Source of the DNA: Octopus bimaculoides
Taxonomy: Eukaryota
Reading direction: 5' to 3'
Assembly: GCF_001194135.2 (NCBI RefSeq)
Contig: NC_068982.1
Coordinates: forward strand, 160,124,614 to 160,188,613
Length of the DNA: 64,000 nucleotides
The position numbers and the translations under genes were made by a program. Positions 11,711 through 24,760 of this stretch are shown in pieces (positions within the stretch are counted from its first letter, which is position 1; each line of letters begins with the position of its first letter). The notes under the pieces were generated by a model that did no database searches, was not told where the DNA came from, and worked only from the letters and a program-made list of their open reading frames with translations.

Positions 11711-12821
11711 AATTTCAAAAAGTGCAATCAACCAGAAATGATCCTATTTGGCTACTCTTTCAAGTAGATCGATAACAGCTTAGTCTCCCTCACATTGGCG
11801 TTGTTAGCAACGACTGAATGGAGTACATTCTAGTTATACACTAGATTATTCGCTTCATTGAATATCAAACTGATAAATAATAAACAGTTTCTGAATGCAC
11901 TTTGCATTTTTTTGACTAGGCTTATGTTCAGAAACTTAGAGTAAAATGGCCATTTTGTTTAACGTATATAACATTCTCAGGGATATGTATAAACTAAGGA
12001 ATCTCAATAGGGAATGGAAATGCAGCATTAATTCGTTAGATTTTTATTATCTTAACATATGCGACTTTCATATTATTATTGCCTACGAACCTTTAGCAGG
12101 CGTAAATTTGATTACAAGTTGAAGCATTTCTTTTTCAAAGAGTGATTTCTATAAGTGATCCCTATTGCGAATCGAAACCATGTGGCAATTTTCAAAATGA
12201 AGAATTTTGGCTTGCATTTCATCACTATTATGGACAAATATAACGCAGCAAGGAATGATTCTTGATTTCATGATCAACATAATCCTAATATTTAGAAAAT
12301 TACCGCATTTGCCTTAGAGAAAGAAATTCATAATTTTAAGTCTTTTGTGAGAAATCGGTAGCGGGAAAAATAAAAAAGTTTGATTGATATTATGGTCTTT
12401 TCGTATAACCAACTGCCATAATATTATTAATTGAACATGTTATTGTGGTTTAAATGTATTAACTTGAAATTTGAAACAGCCGGCAAAATATCGAAGTATT
12501 TTCTACTTGAAAATTAATGAGGCAGTGAAGAAGTATCTGACCGATATATACTTTAAATAATAGCAAAAAAATCAAGCATTTATTATTGGTATCCCAGAAT
12601 AATCGATAGCCGATTATAAAACATCAGAAAGTAAGCATTCTAACTTTTTTTCCATTTATAAATATATACACCATTTTATTGTACTTTTGGTATTATATTC
12701 ATTAGAAAAATAGAAATGACGTATGTTCTCGATTTTAAATGTTCAGAGTTATTTAATCTTATTGTGTTAAGAAAATTCTTGTTTACAGATTCTATTCCTT
12801 TTGCCAGTCATATCAAAATTT

Positions 12822-12845
12822 CTGGGATTGTGCATTGTGGGTAGT
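12822..12845 (-). promoter_or_regulatory. Staf/ZNF143 (SBS)-like motif
   Basis: Minus strand ACTACCCACAATGCACAATCCCAG contains TACCCACAATGCAC, close to the SBS consensus. Motif match only; no transcript evidence. Confidence 0.3.
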
Positions 12846-14315
12846 AATTAACAGGGATATCATATTGAATACAGTCGTATTTGCTCGTTGTTACGTTAAG
12901 CCCCAAATAACATACATTACATAGTGAGCAAAAACAAAAAAAATGTTATTTCAGAAATACTCAAACTACTGTGATAAGAGGGAAATATTAACTCTATTTA
13001 AATATTACAATTCATTAAAATGAATATTAAGCGTTAGAATTGATTAAGATTTCGTTATTATTAGACATTATCGACAAAGTATATAGTTTCCAGACTGATG
13101 ATAATTAAAACGAATAAATTAACAATATTATACACCAGCTGGGAGCAAATAAAGCAAAATGACTAAGGTAAATTACATAATGTTTTTCGAGTTTACTGTT
13201 TGTGGAATTACAGATTACAACTCACTTAATACAGTGAGCCTGAAGTATTCTCTTTTACTCTCTTAGCGTTTTCTAATACAGATAAATATATATTTGATAG
13301 GAATATATTTAAATAATTTTGTGTGCATTGAGACAAATGCTTTACAAGACTAATATACCTGACCGATTTCTTAGTGAAGAATCTATCGAGCTGTTAGACG
13401 TTTTCCTTTCTGGTTCACCGAATTACAGAAGGTAAATGTTAAAACGAGACACAAGATAATAGTCATATTAAGTTATTGGTTCTCGAAATAAAATAAAAAA
13501 TGAGTCCGGCTGTTTGTTATTAAAAGTATAGAGCTGTATAAAGTTCAGTAAGGGAATATTTCATAAGCTGAATAAAGAAAAAGAGTATCGAAAACTCTTT
13601 AAAGTATCTAGAGAGTAATGATTTGTTTAAAAAAAGTGTATATGTTATACTTACCCAAAAATATATGATAAAATTTGTTAGCGAGACTCAAAAGAAAAAT
13701 AAAGAGGGTGATCACTTCAATAAATTTAGATGTATATTATGTTAAGTTTATGAGACGATATATTTTATATATATATGACAGGTGTCGTATTTAATGGAAC
13801 ATCTGCTACTATTTTGTTACTTTTCTAGTTGACACAGGAAAGAATTATAGTCACATATTTCAATTTTCATTTTCAGAAAATGTGTTCCTAAATTTTATGG
13901 CATATCTCTGTTTGAATTATTTTGTGAGTTAGCTAAATAAGTATTCAAAGAAACTTTTTGCAGTATGCACATATATTTGCAAAATGCTATTTTTTAATAA
14001 TGATTTAGTAGCTTGTGTATGTAAATTTAATTATGGGGAAAAATTGGAATGAGCTAATTTAAGATGGTGAATATTTAGAAGCTGCTGAGCGCCAGATACA
14101 ATAACACAATATTTTGTTATGCCTTGTCTTGGTTTTATTAACCACTTCCTTAATATTACCTTACAACGTTTCGTGGGTGACAAAATAAAGTACTAGTCAA
14201 ATACTGGAGTAAGATAATCTTCTCTTTCTCATGTATTTCTTATAATTTGTCTATGAAAGAAATAACACTATGACTGGCAGATGCAAATAATATATGTTAT
14301 TTATGAGTGCATACA

Positions 14316-14528
14316 AGGTGGCGAGCTGGCAGAATCATTAGCACACCGGGCGAAGTGCTTAGCGGTATTTCGTCTGTCGTTACGTTCAAATTCGGCTGGG
14401 GTCGAATTTGCCTTTCATCTTTTCAGGAGTCGAGTAAATAAGTATTTGTTACGCTCTGGGGTCGATGTAATCGATTTAAACACTTCCCCTCAAATCTGAG
14501 GCATTGCGCTTCCAATAGAAAGGATTTA
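14316..14528 (+). mobile_element. tRNA-derived SINE, family B (Deu/Nin-like central domain)
   Basis: GGTGGCGAGCTGGCAGAATCATTAGC...GTTCAAATTC...TTTGCCTTTCATC...GGGGTCGATGTAATCGA, shared with the copies at 19187, 36783 and 58001. The CCTTTCATCC..GGTCGATAAA..GTACCAG block resembles the Deu/Nin SINE domain (recalled, not searched). Confidence 0.85.
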
Positions 14529-15893
14529 TGAGTACCTTTATTAATTTCAACTATCACATTTCCTGATAGAATTGCATATGTAATTCTGAGTAACTTATAC
14601 ATTTTTTTTTCAGGCTTGTGATTTATTGAAATCCTTCAATACAATAAAATAGTTGTATACAATTGTTACATCTCACATCTTATATTAATCTTACACGTCT
14701 TCCTATATGTAATTTTGACTGAATAATGTACAAATAAAAAAAGAGACTTTTTATAAACGGTACATGAAGGTTAAAAAAATTCAGTTTGTCTCTGTGGTGT
14801 TTAAACCAGCGAATACTAAAAAAATGTCCCTTATTAGGTATGATTAGCTGAAAGCAGACCATAAATACTTTATGAAGGAATAAATTAATGCCTATTTTAT
14901 AAATGTTATTCGTTGAAGCGAGTAACATATTTTTAAACAGGAATGGGAACTATATTACACTGACGGTTTTAACCCCCAGGCAATAAACAAATACTGTGTC
15001 TTATAATTAACAGTAAATGGTTTCGAATATTAATTCTTTTTACAGATTATTAACGTCTTTGCAATATGGAAATTGAAATTCTAACTGTTGGAATAAGATC
15101 TACGAAAGTAGAGGTAGTTAATTTAAGTTCAAGATATCATCTCTAATGTTTCATCAAATTTCAGAAACGATTGCCATTAGTGCTCTGTGGTGCTGTGTTA
15201 GTGTTGTGTGGTACTGAAGCCTGCTTGATTGATCAGCCTAATGATTAAATGTAACTAATAAGTCATTTATTCCAGCTACACCTTGCATTTGTGACGCCAA
15301 GATCAATATTACCCACAAGGGGTAGGGAATTCTTTGGAACATAGTCTGACATTTAGGATACATATTCAGTCCACTTCCCAGTTCACTTGTGTATGTTCGT
15401 TGTTCTTTTTGTAAGTATAAATCGTTTTCATATTGCTGTTGATAAGTTAGTCAGGAACAAGCAGATCTCTGATCAAAATACGTTGAAGGGCTGAGCATTC
15501 TATATTTCCCTAAGTAATACTCCGGGCTATGTTATTTATTGTGTCATCATACAGAGGGTAGGGAATATTTTAGAGGAAATTTCGTTGCTAATTCTTGTAG
15601 GCTGGGTATGCATTAAGCTGCTTGCTCATTACTTTGCTTCTGTACAAAGATTCATATAGTAGTGACAGAGGAAGCGAGTAAGTACGATACGATCAGAATA
15701 TAACAGTTACTGATCTACTACATTTAATTATATGCTTAGATGTCGTACGGAATTAAATAACTATGAGATGTATATGAGATAAGTAACCGACCTTATCTTC
15801 ATTGTATGTTTGTGTATAAATATCACGAACAATTATGCACACTTCTGATACTCCAACCATAAGTATACAAATGCCTGTTAGGGGAACAAACAC

Positions 15894-15941
<48 letters not shown>

Positions 15942-16002
15942 NNNNNNNNNNNNNNNNNNNNNNNNNNNNNNNNNNNNNNNNNNNNATATACACACATAAA
16001 TA

Positions 16003-16166
16003 TATACGACGGGCTTCTTTCAGTTTCCGTTTACCAAATCCACTCACAAAACTTGGTCGGCCCGAGGCTATAGTAGAAGACACTTGCCCAAAGTGCAACA
16101 CAGTGGGAACGACCCCGGAAGCATGTGGTCGGTAAGCAAGCTACTTACCACACAGCCACTCATGCG
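16003..16166 (-). mobile_element. SINE family A, 5' half; its internal microsatellite is expanded and gapped
   Basis: CGACGGGCTTCTTTCAGTTTCCGTTTACCAAATCCACTCACAA...CTTACCACACAGCCAC is near-identical to the family A central block and head. Confidence 0.9.
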
Positions 16167-18558
16167 GCTGCGTTTATTACAGTGTATGACTATATTATCC
16201 CATCTGGAGAGTAGGGATCTCTAGCTATTTGAACATAGATATTTTGATGTTGGTACACGTTGATTTCGCTTATTTTAAATTTCTTTTGTTGCTGTTGTAG
16301 TTATTGTTCTGATGAGAATAAATACTAAATGTGTGTAGTGTAATTAAATGTAGGTCAAGGGATCCTGTATATGCTTCTTCATTGGGTTTCTTATGAAGAT
16401 TGCGATGGTAACGACGATGGTGATGATAAAAATGGCACTGGGAATAATATGAATGATACCGACGATGATCAATGTATCTATTCATTATAAGAGTGATGAA
16501 GATGTTGGTGGGTGTCGTACCTGTGGGGGTTAATGACAATGAGATGGTAGTAGAGGAAGGGAAGAAGAGTATTTATGTTACTCTTATTGACATTGCTGAT
16601 TATTTTGCTGATGATCAGACTGGTTATCTTTCAGATTTTGTTATCGTAAAAGTGTTGTAAATCTTCTAGAAAGCAGTCAATTTAATATTATGCAGAACGG
16701 CTAGTGTAGTAAATTTGTAATGAACGTCAAGTGTAGCTGCTCGTTAAGTAGATCTTCGACATTCATTATAGAAAAATCAATAAAACTCTGCACTCACCAG
16801 GAATATGAAATAATAAACTGACTTAAACTGACCTCGGTGATGTCCGTCCATTATCGGCATTCTTAACCGCACTACTAGATCAACTTCCATTATACACAGC
16901 AATTACTATTGTCACTCGCCGCTCCTAATTTACTAAGCCATACCTCATATCTATAGAATTTCAGACTCGAAGCTTTTGATATTTTTAACTGCTCAAGATT
17001 GAATAATTCAAATGTTTCGGTTATGAGTTTTACATAATTTTATTTTAACATTAATTAATCAACAATGCCATTTTTAGTTATGCCTTTCAGAAGAATGCCA
17101 TTGAAATTTTATTGAATGCTAATTGGATGCACAATTATTATTAGCTTTCCAATGTCATATTCTATTTATGGTCAGTTGAAATTCTCAAAATTAAGGATTT
17201 ATGAAACTATACATAAAAGACCATCAGCAATAAGTCAGTTCAAATAATTTTATGATGTTAAAGTAAATAAACAAGTTGTCATAAGTTCCTTTACAAATCA
17301 AACGTAGAAGTATTAAATATTTCCCTTTCAATTGTTTCACTTGCGACTAAATGTATCTAAAGTTTAGCATATACAGCTTTGTAGAGAACAACCAGTAGAT
17401 GTGAAGTAAAATTTATTAGGAAATACATAGCAGGGGAACAATATGCTTATATTAGATGTATGATTAAAACGTTCGCTTCGAAACTTTGTAGATTTGGATT
17501 CAGTACCATGTGCTGATCAATGCTGTGTGAGTGGATATATGTATGTGCCTATATTAGTTTAATTACGTAAGTACATGATACCGATTGCTGACATGATACT
17601 GATTGTTGGTTTCTTTATGTAGCAGTTCATGAGAAATATAAACCGATAAAACAATTATCGAGCAGATTGATTTGATAAAAGAACCATTCAAAACTGTGTT
17701 TCACTGTTTGTCAGATGTGGAACTGAAAACCGTAAAAAAACTAAAAGATTTCAAAAAATGCCCATACATACATACTTACATACTTACGCACACATACATA
17801 CATACATACNNNNNNNNNNNNNNNNNNNNNNNNNNNNNNNNNNNNNNNNNNNNNNNNNNNNNNNNNNNNNNNNNNNNNNNNNNNNNNNNNNNNNNNNNNN
17901 NNNNNNNNNNNNNNNNNNNNNNNNNNNNNNNNNNNNNNNNNNNNNNNNNNNNNNNNNNNNNNNNNNNNNNNNNNNNNNNNNNNNNNNNNNNNNNNNNNNN
18001 NNNNNNNNNNNNNNNNNNNNNNNNNNNNNNNNNNNNNNNNNNNNNNNNNNNNNNNNNNNNNNNNNNNNNNNNNNNNNNNNNNNNNNNNNNNNNNNNNNNN
18101 NNNNNNNNNNNNNNNNNNNNNNNNNNNNNNNNNNNNNNNNNNNNNNNNNNNNNNNNNNNNNNNNNNNNNNNNNNNNNNNNNNNNNNNNNNNNNNNNNNNN
18201 NNNNNNNNNNNNNNNNNNNNNNNNNNNNNNNNNNNNNNNNNNNNNNNNNNNNNNNNNNNNNNNNNNNNNNNNNNNNNNNNNNNNNNNNNNNNNNNNNNNN
18301 NNNNNNNNNNNNNNNNNNNNNNNNNNNNNNNNATGAGGTGAAGACTAGAAGGAACTAGACAACATTTTCAAAAATTTGAGGAGTTGAAGAAATTTGTTGA
18401 AGAAGGCCTAGACGAAAAGGCGGGCGTCATTTACCTGTTATTCTCTGGCTTCAATAGACACAGCAGGCACTACGTTGCCAACAAGACCGAAGCAGTAGTT
18501 TCAAGGCGCAGTAGCAGCATTTTGGTCTTGCGAGATAAATGTGGACCACTGTATTACA

Positions 18559-18626
18559 TCTATCTATCTATCTATCTATTTATCTATCTCTCTATCTATC
18601 TATCTATCTATCTATCTATTTATCTG
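18559..18626. repeat. (TATC)n tetranucleotide repeat
   Basis: Direct reading. Confidence 0.95.
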
Positions 18627-19186
18627 ATAGACAGATAGGTTGATATATAAATAGATTGATGCAAATATAGATAGATTGACAGTTATAACCAGCATGCGTG
18701 TATCTTTGCATCAATTAAATTTTACAAAATAAGCCTTGAGCTGTTCGTGAACATAGTAAACTTCGTACTAAAGTACTGCATGTGTGAAAAGGCAGTTTAT
18801 AATCACGTACGCATACCTATATATCATTTTGGAAATGCTGAACATGTTTGCTTGGAAATAGAATGCATAGTACATGATTGTGCAATTTTCTATTATCCCA
18901 TCGGAGATCGAGCAAGTTTATTTATTTTAGGACGTGCACTCTCTTATTGCTCTTGAAATCTACCCAATCTAGAATGATAATTAGTCAAAGAGATATATAC
19001 GTTCATCATACTCTAAACGACGTCACCAAAACGTATTTTATATACACGAAGGGATCACTTTTATTGCTGCTTAATTCGAGATCAAAACTGACAGATTAAT
19101 CACGACTTGATTGTTTTATTTTACAATTAAGCCGCATAGAGCTAGATAATTATTTCTATTATAAGCACAATGAATGACATTTTGGG

Positions 19187-19362
19187 GTAGAATGTAGTCG
19201 ATTACATCGATCCTAGTGCTTAACTGGTAAGTATGATATATTATCGACCCTAAATGAATGAAAGCCAAGGTCGATCTCGGTGGAATCTGAACTCAGAATG
19301 TAAAGCTTAAAGAAATGCCGCTAAGCACTTTGTCCAGTATTCTAATAATTCTTCCAGCTTCT
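19187..19362 (-). mobile_element. SINE family B
   Basis: GTCGATTACATCGA..AGTGCTTAACTGGTA...GGTCGATCTCGGTGGAATCTGAACTCAGAA...GCCGCTAAGCA is the reverse complement of family B. Confidence 0.85.
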
Positions 19363-21029
19363 ACAAGTACATTATACAATGCGTTCTCTTTTCTATATAA
19401 GCGCTCTACTGTGATGTGAGGAAAATGAGTTTCTATAAAATGAGTAGCTACATGTGGTCGCAAGAATACTGTAAGAGACGTACTACTGAAAAACATTCAT
19501 GGCGGTGGAGTTAGGCTACACTCATGGTAAGAATATATTAAGCACTTTGTAACAAAGCTCTCCCGCGACTCAATGTTTGATTGAGAGATGTTTAATATAT
19601 AATATAGATTTACATTATTCCTCATGTTGTGCATTCTTTATGAAATTCTAAGAGCAATATAAATTCATCTCTCCAACAAAAAATTTGCTGATCTAATTTC
19701 TCGGACGGCCATCGAAGCAAATATATAAGGCAGAGCAAGCTTGAAAAGAAGATTCCTAAAATTTATAACCAAAATTGTGAAAGTTGTATCATACTCGATG
19801 TTTGCAAATGCGTAATAAAACATTTTCTCAAAGAAAGAAAAGCATCCGTATATGATCACCGAGCTCGGAATTACACCCATAAATCAGTGAATAAAATTAT
19901 TCAACTGCCCTTTGTTAGAATACGATCAATGGTTGACGACTTATTGTTCACTACACAATATAGCTTTTCAGCCTTCGGAAGTTGTCCGAAGCAAATACAT
20001 GTGTTAAAATGGGTCTATTGGAACAACATAGAACGGTACGGTTCAGATCCATTGTTCTTATATTTATTGATTTCACTAACGCGTTTTAGATCATAAATCC
20101 TTGAGTTTCGTTCAATATACAAAGTTGGAATTTCTATAACGCTTGTCACTATAATGCAAGGTTCATAAGGAAAGCGAAATACTTTTGTTGTGGTTAATTG
20201 TAAGTAAGCAAATGCTATTGTGTATTACAAAAGTATATTACTTCAAGCTACGCATGCTTAGTATCTGTTCATCATTTTAGAGAGATAGGCTCAAAACTTC
20301 AAAATGTGTTAGGGATGAAAAGGAGTTCTGTGAAAATTTATCAAAATCACAATGTTACGTGTGCGCCAACAGCATTAAATACAAAATTAGGAAGGAAAAC
20401 GAATGGGATGGAAATGACAATAAATATAGACGAGCTAGACAAGCTAAATATCCAGATGTGATACACAGTGGCTACATAAAAGTTGTCCATACAAACCAGC
20501 TGAAAATGTTACAACAGAAAAACTATATTCCGCAAATTAAGCGTAGCAATTAGCTTAAACTGAAATATCTTGTAATAATGAAATCGGCAGAGCAGCTTGC
20601 ATATCTCTTTATTAAAATATCTGCATGCGAATCTTGAAGTATGGAAAATGAACGCTAAAAGGATTAAAAGGGAAATAGCGAAACTTAACACACATGCAAG
20701 AATTTGGTACTAAGTGAATTTCAGCAATGGAACAAAATGCCTGCAGTTGATTTGTATATAGATATGGCTGGGAAATATATCAAGAATACATATTGTTGAG
20801 TTACAACATTACGGTTTTCCACACAACATGCACACGCATACACAGACACACACACACATGTATATGCATGTATACATATACTTGTATATGTGTGTGTGTA
20901 CATATATATATTTGAAAAAGTTTAACGAAAGCGCTGACACACTAGAAAAAAAAACATCTTCCCCAAAACGGTTAGTAACATCCTAATAGCAGATTTCATG
21001 AGATTTTTTTTTCGTGAGGTTTTTTAGTG

Positions 21030-21676
21030 ATTACACTAAACACCATGATGTTGACTGGATGTTAAATATTTATAACCATCGGTACATGCTTTGGGGACAC
21101 AGCAGAGCAAGTTGTTCCGTGTGTTCGCCATCTGATCTTGGCGGAATTTTTTCTCGTCTGAGAAAAACCAAAGCATGTTCGGTTGGAGGGGATGCTTGAA
21201 TTTGTTCAAAGGATTGTCTTTGATGGCTTGGGATACAAATTAGCTCTTTCTCATCTTGTATGAGGAAAGCAGAATGTCGTCATGCACTACCTGCCTGATA
21301 AGAAACTCAGACACTTGCAGGTCCCTAGCGATAGACCTCATTGACTTGGAGGGATTGTTGGCGATCATGATCTGGATCTCACCAACAAAGTCAGGTGTTC
21401 TCTTCCTATCAGAATGATCAGAGTGAGTTTTCCTAGCGGCCGTACTTACGTAATTACCATTAAACTCATTCAACTGTTTCCGAACGCTCTGCACTGTCCT
21501 TAGAAATGTTCATATTGGAGCTTCTGGTGCGAATGCCAAGCAGCACGGCATGTATTTTCCAAATTTCTGGTAGGGTAAATTGCATCATGGTGCTATTTTT
21601 CCAACAGACGGTACTCAATTGACCCTGTCATACTGTGTAGTCGACAAAATCTAAAACAAACATGCGCATACGCGAA

Positions 21677-21680
<4 letters not shown>
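21030..21680 (-). mobile_element. Tc1/mariner-superfamily transposon, 5' half
   Basis: Minus strand MMQFTLPEIWKIHAVLLGIRT...RKRTPDFVGEIQIMIANNPSKSMRSIARDLQVSEFLIRQVVHDDI..SYKMRK...KHPLQPNMLWFFSDEKKF.QDQ: an HTH followed by the first catalytic D (FSDEK). The left end abuts a (TA)n run. Confidence 0.8.
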
Positions 21681-21711
<31 letters not shown>

Positions 21712-22005
21712 NNNNNNNNNNNNNNNNNNNNNNNNNNNNNNNNNNNNNNNNNNNNNNNNNNNNNNNNNNNNNNNNNNNNNNNNNNNNNNNNNNNNNNNNN
21801 NNNNNNNNNNNNNNNNNNNNNNNNNNNNNNNNNNNNNNNNNNNNNNNNNNNNNNNNNNNNNNNNNNNNNNNNNCTGGACGTTCCATTGGGTTTTGAGAAA
21901 ATAAAACAGCCAAGTAACATGGTCGATGGGAAAACTTCCCTCTTACTCTTAAAATAGCTGGCCTTGTGACTAAATCAGAAACCACCACCGCCTTCACAAC
22001 GACTC

Positions 22006-22006
22006 T

Positions 22007-22071
<65 letters not shown>

Positions 22072-22112
22072 GTTGCTGCTGCTGCTGCTGCTACTGCTTC
22101 TGCTGCTGCTGC
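22006..22112. repeat. (TAC)n followed by (TGC)n trinucleotide repeat
   Basis: Direct reading. Confidence 0.95.
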
Positions 22113-22395
22113 GTATCAAGAATGCAAAGATACGTAATTGCTTAGATTGTCGCTGTTTTATGTGCACTCGGTAGTCATCGGAATGCATATACACTGTAAA
22201 GGAAAATTATAGTCGTCAACTTAGCGTGAATAACACCTACATTGTTAGAAACGTGAGCTAAAATTCCCCATTGCTGTTACAAAGTATATGTTAAATGCTT
22301 TGTAATTGCAGTGGATCATTTTAGCTCGTGGTTTTAGTAATGTAGGTGTTATTCACACCCTTAGTCANNNNNNNNNNCTTAGTCAAGTTTAGTTG

Positions 22396-22430
<35 letters not shown>

Positions 22431-23479
22431 GTTTTTTTTTTATCTGTCGTTTATTTAAAATGCATTTTTTCATTTACATGCATACATACATGCATACATA
22501 CATACATACATACATATATATTTAGTTCAGATTATGTCTTGAACTTGAGGAGAGATTAAGTTGCAAAGTTATCATCGAATGTTATATTCCTGGGTATTAT
22601 TCAAGGCATTAATGCATTTCTGGAAGGTAGTTTCTGGATTCCTTGTGTTCGAATTGAAAATGCAATAAAATACGTGATACTTAGAAATATTCGCATACGA
22701 GTTAGATTGTTGAGAGCCATGGCAAGGGAGTCATGAAATTGATATCATCATTCGCTCTTATACTATGACACTTATCATTGTTAAAGAACAACAGTTTGTT
22801 TGAATTTTCTCAACTAAAAATATTTATAAAACCTGCAGCTTTTATAAAAAGCAAACTTTTAAAATCATTATCCATCTAAAGAATTAAAACCTTGAAAAAG
22901 AAGTCATAGAATATCTTATAAGACATAAATTCTTTCGGGGGATTCGCAATTGCTTTTTACTGTTTCAAAATCTGCATAATACTATTTTTCTTGACAAAAG
23001 CCAATCTCGCAATTCCGATGTCAACTTTTACCTGATATATGACATTATTTTATGGACTATATCTTCTTTTATTTAAGTAAATATACATTATATCAATCTC
23101 CCTACTGCAGAACTCTGCATTCATAATAATAATGATAATTACTCCCGTCGATTTCGACGTATGAGTGGTTGAAGGAAAGAATAAAGAATACAAAAGAAGC
23201 TGCATCGATTTGCAATGGCTGCCTGAATATAATTTGAGCCCAGGGATGGTTTTGCTCTGAAGTCACAAGGGTAACAATGCTGACTTTGATTTTTGCCTGA
23301 GACTGAACAAAAGTGCCTGTTGATTAGAGAATAAAGTTTTATGTATGTTTATTCAACTGAAATTATTTATACCTGTCATGGGAGATTTTATGCCTCTCAT
23401 ATCAGTCTAGACAATAATTTTCCCAAGATGTTAAATTAAGCTGCGGCATTCTAGTGATTGTTTCAACACGTCCTTGTAT

Positions 23480-23700
23480 CTTTGCCGAAGAATCTCTCTA
23501 CTTATTGACCACCCAGAAGAATTTTAGTAATGCAATCATCTTGCATTTCGACAACACGACCTGACGATTCGCACTGATTTCTCAACATGTTTTTGATACG
23601 GAAGATATCACATCTTTCTCAAAGATTAGTCATTTTATATTGTAGATATTGCGCAGACAGTACATTTGAAATGTTTTAAGTTTTTTGTATCTCTGTAGTA
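23480..23700 (+). mobile_element. Very old mariner transposase fossil
   Basis: GCAATCATCTTGCATTTCGACAAC translates AIILHFDN (cf. IILHHDNARPH), with a degenerate YSPDLAP-like segment about 100 nt downstream. Confidence 0.35.
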
Positions 23701-24019
23701 AGGAGTTCGTGCTTCTGCCTCGTACAAAAGTATGCTCAATATACAAGATTTGTATACATACTTATTTTAGTTTCCAGGCTGACATCATGTTCATCTCACA
23801 AAGGATGAGAAATTTTCGAAAAGCACTTGTAGCCTTAAATATCCTAATATTGATTCTATCATCAAGAGTATTCTTAAGCTGTAATGTACTTTTAAAATAA
23901 CCTGACCCATTTCAATGGCTTGTCATCACATTTGAATCTTGAGCATGTTCTGTCTCAGGCTTTGGTTGGAATAAATATTCAGTTTTCTTAATGCTGATAG
24001 CCAGCCCAAATAATAACAC

Positions 24020-24079
24020 CACCAACAACAAAAACAAAACTACAACGACAACAACAGCAGCAGCAGCAGCAACAACAAC

Positions 24080-24122
<43 letters not shown>
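24020..24122. repeat. (AAC)/(AGC)/(AAT)n compound trinucleotide repeat
   Basis: Direct reading. Confidence 0.95.
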
Positions 24123-24124
<2 letters not shown>

Positions 24125-24329
24125 CGGGGTAGTCCTTGAGAGCAGTGTTCCCTTTGTTGCTTTTTTATTACTGATGCTTCCACTGTAGTTGGAGTTGTGT
24201 CTGTTGTTGATACTTCTTTCACAGGGACCGATTATCTTGTTGCAATTGTTGCTGTCTTTGTTTCTGCTATTACTGTTACACTTTGTTGCTAATATTACTG
24301 TTGTTCCTGTTCTCAGTATCGTTGCTTTG

Positions 24330-24760
24330 AGATAGCGGCGTCGGCTGCGGAGGTTCAGTTAGTTCTCACTTCTTGCGCTGAGGATGGAAAACTCTTAGAA
24401 AGCTTGGATCACAATATAACGGACGTTTTGGTTTCTTAACCTCAACCTCTACGGTAGCCGCAAGCCAACTGGCAGATTGATCATGTCTGAGATGACTTCC
24501 ATTATTATTGACACTTTTGGAGCAATATCTCCATTATTGTACCCGGCCAATTTTTCTTTTGGTATGGAGCATAACGGTTGCCAATATCCAGCAGATGTCT
24601 ATTTCCCTCTCTCCTTCAGATGGAGAATGGTTTGACGAGTAGTTCACCACACCTTAAAGATGTTATATAATGCTTCCTAGTCTCCTTCTCGGTTGGGGAT
24701 CTCACTTCAATTCTGTTAGACTTTTTGCCTGCAGCAGTGTGTGTTTTGATCCGTCAAATT
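24330..24760 (-). mobile_element. LINE apurinic-type endonuclease fossil (RTE-like)
   Basis: Minus-strand pieces CSIPKEKLAGYNNGDIAPKV (cf. SIPKHN....GDFNAK), NNNGSHL (cf. NxNG..L) and H...RKK*EN (cf. HILIRKKWRN) occur in the expected order, with frameshifts. Confidence 0.55.

Noticed and set aside
15045-15220. Two putative exons with an in-frame TGA (selenocysteine idea)
   Set aside because: It needs a ~50-nt intron, no SECIS is visible and the peptide is not recognisable.
16270-16660. Asp/Asn-rich or His-rich ORFs
   Set aside because: Degenerate (GAT)n-type repeat.
18333-18557. Possible LTR-retrotransposon 3' end next to a gap
   Set aside because: No clear polypurine tract or TG start, and the sequence is cut by the gap.
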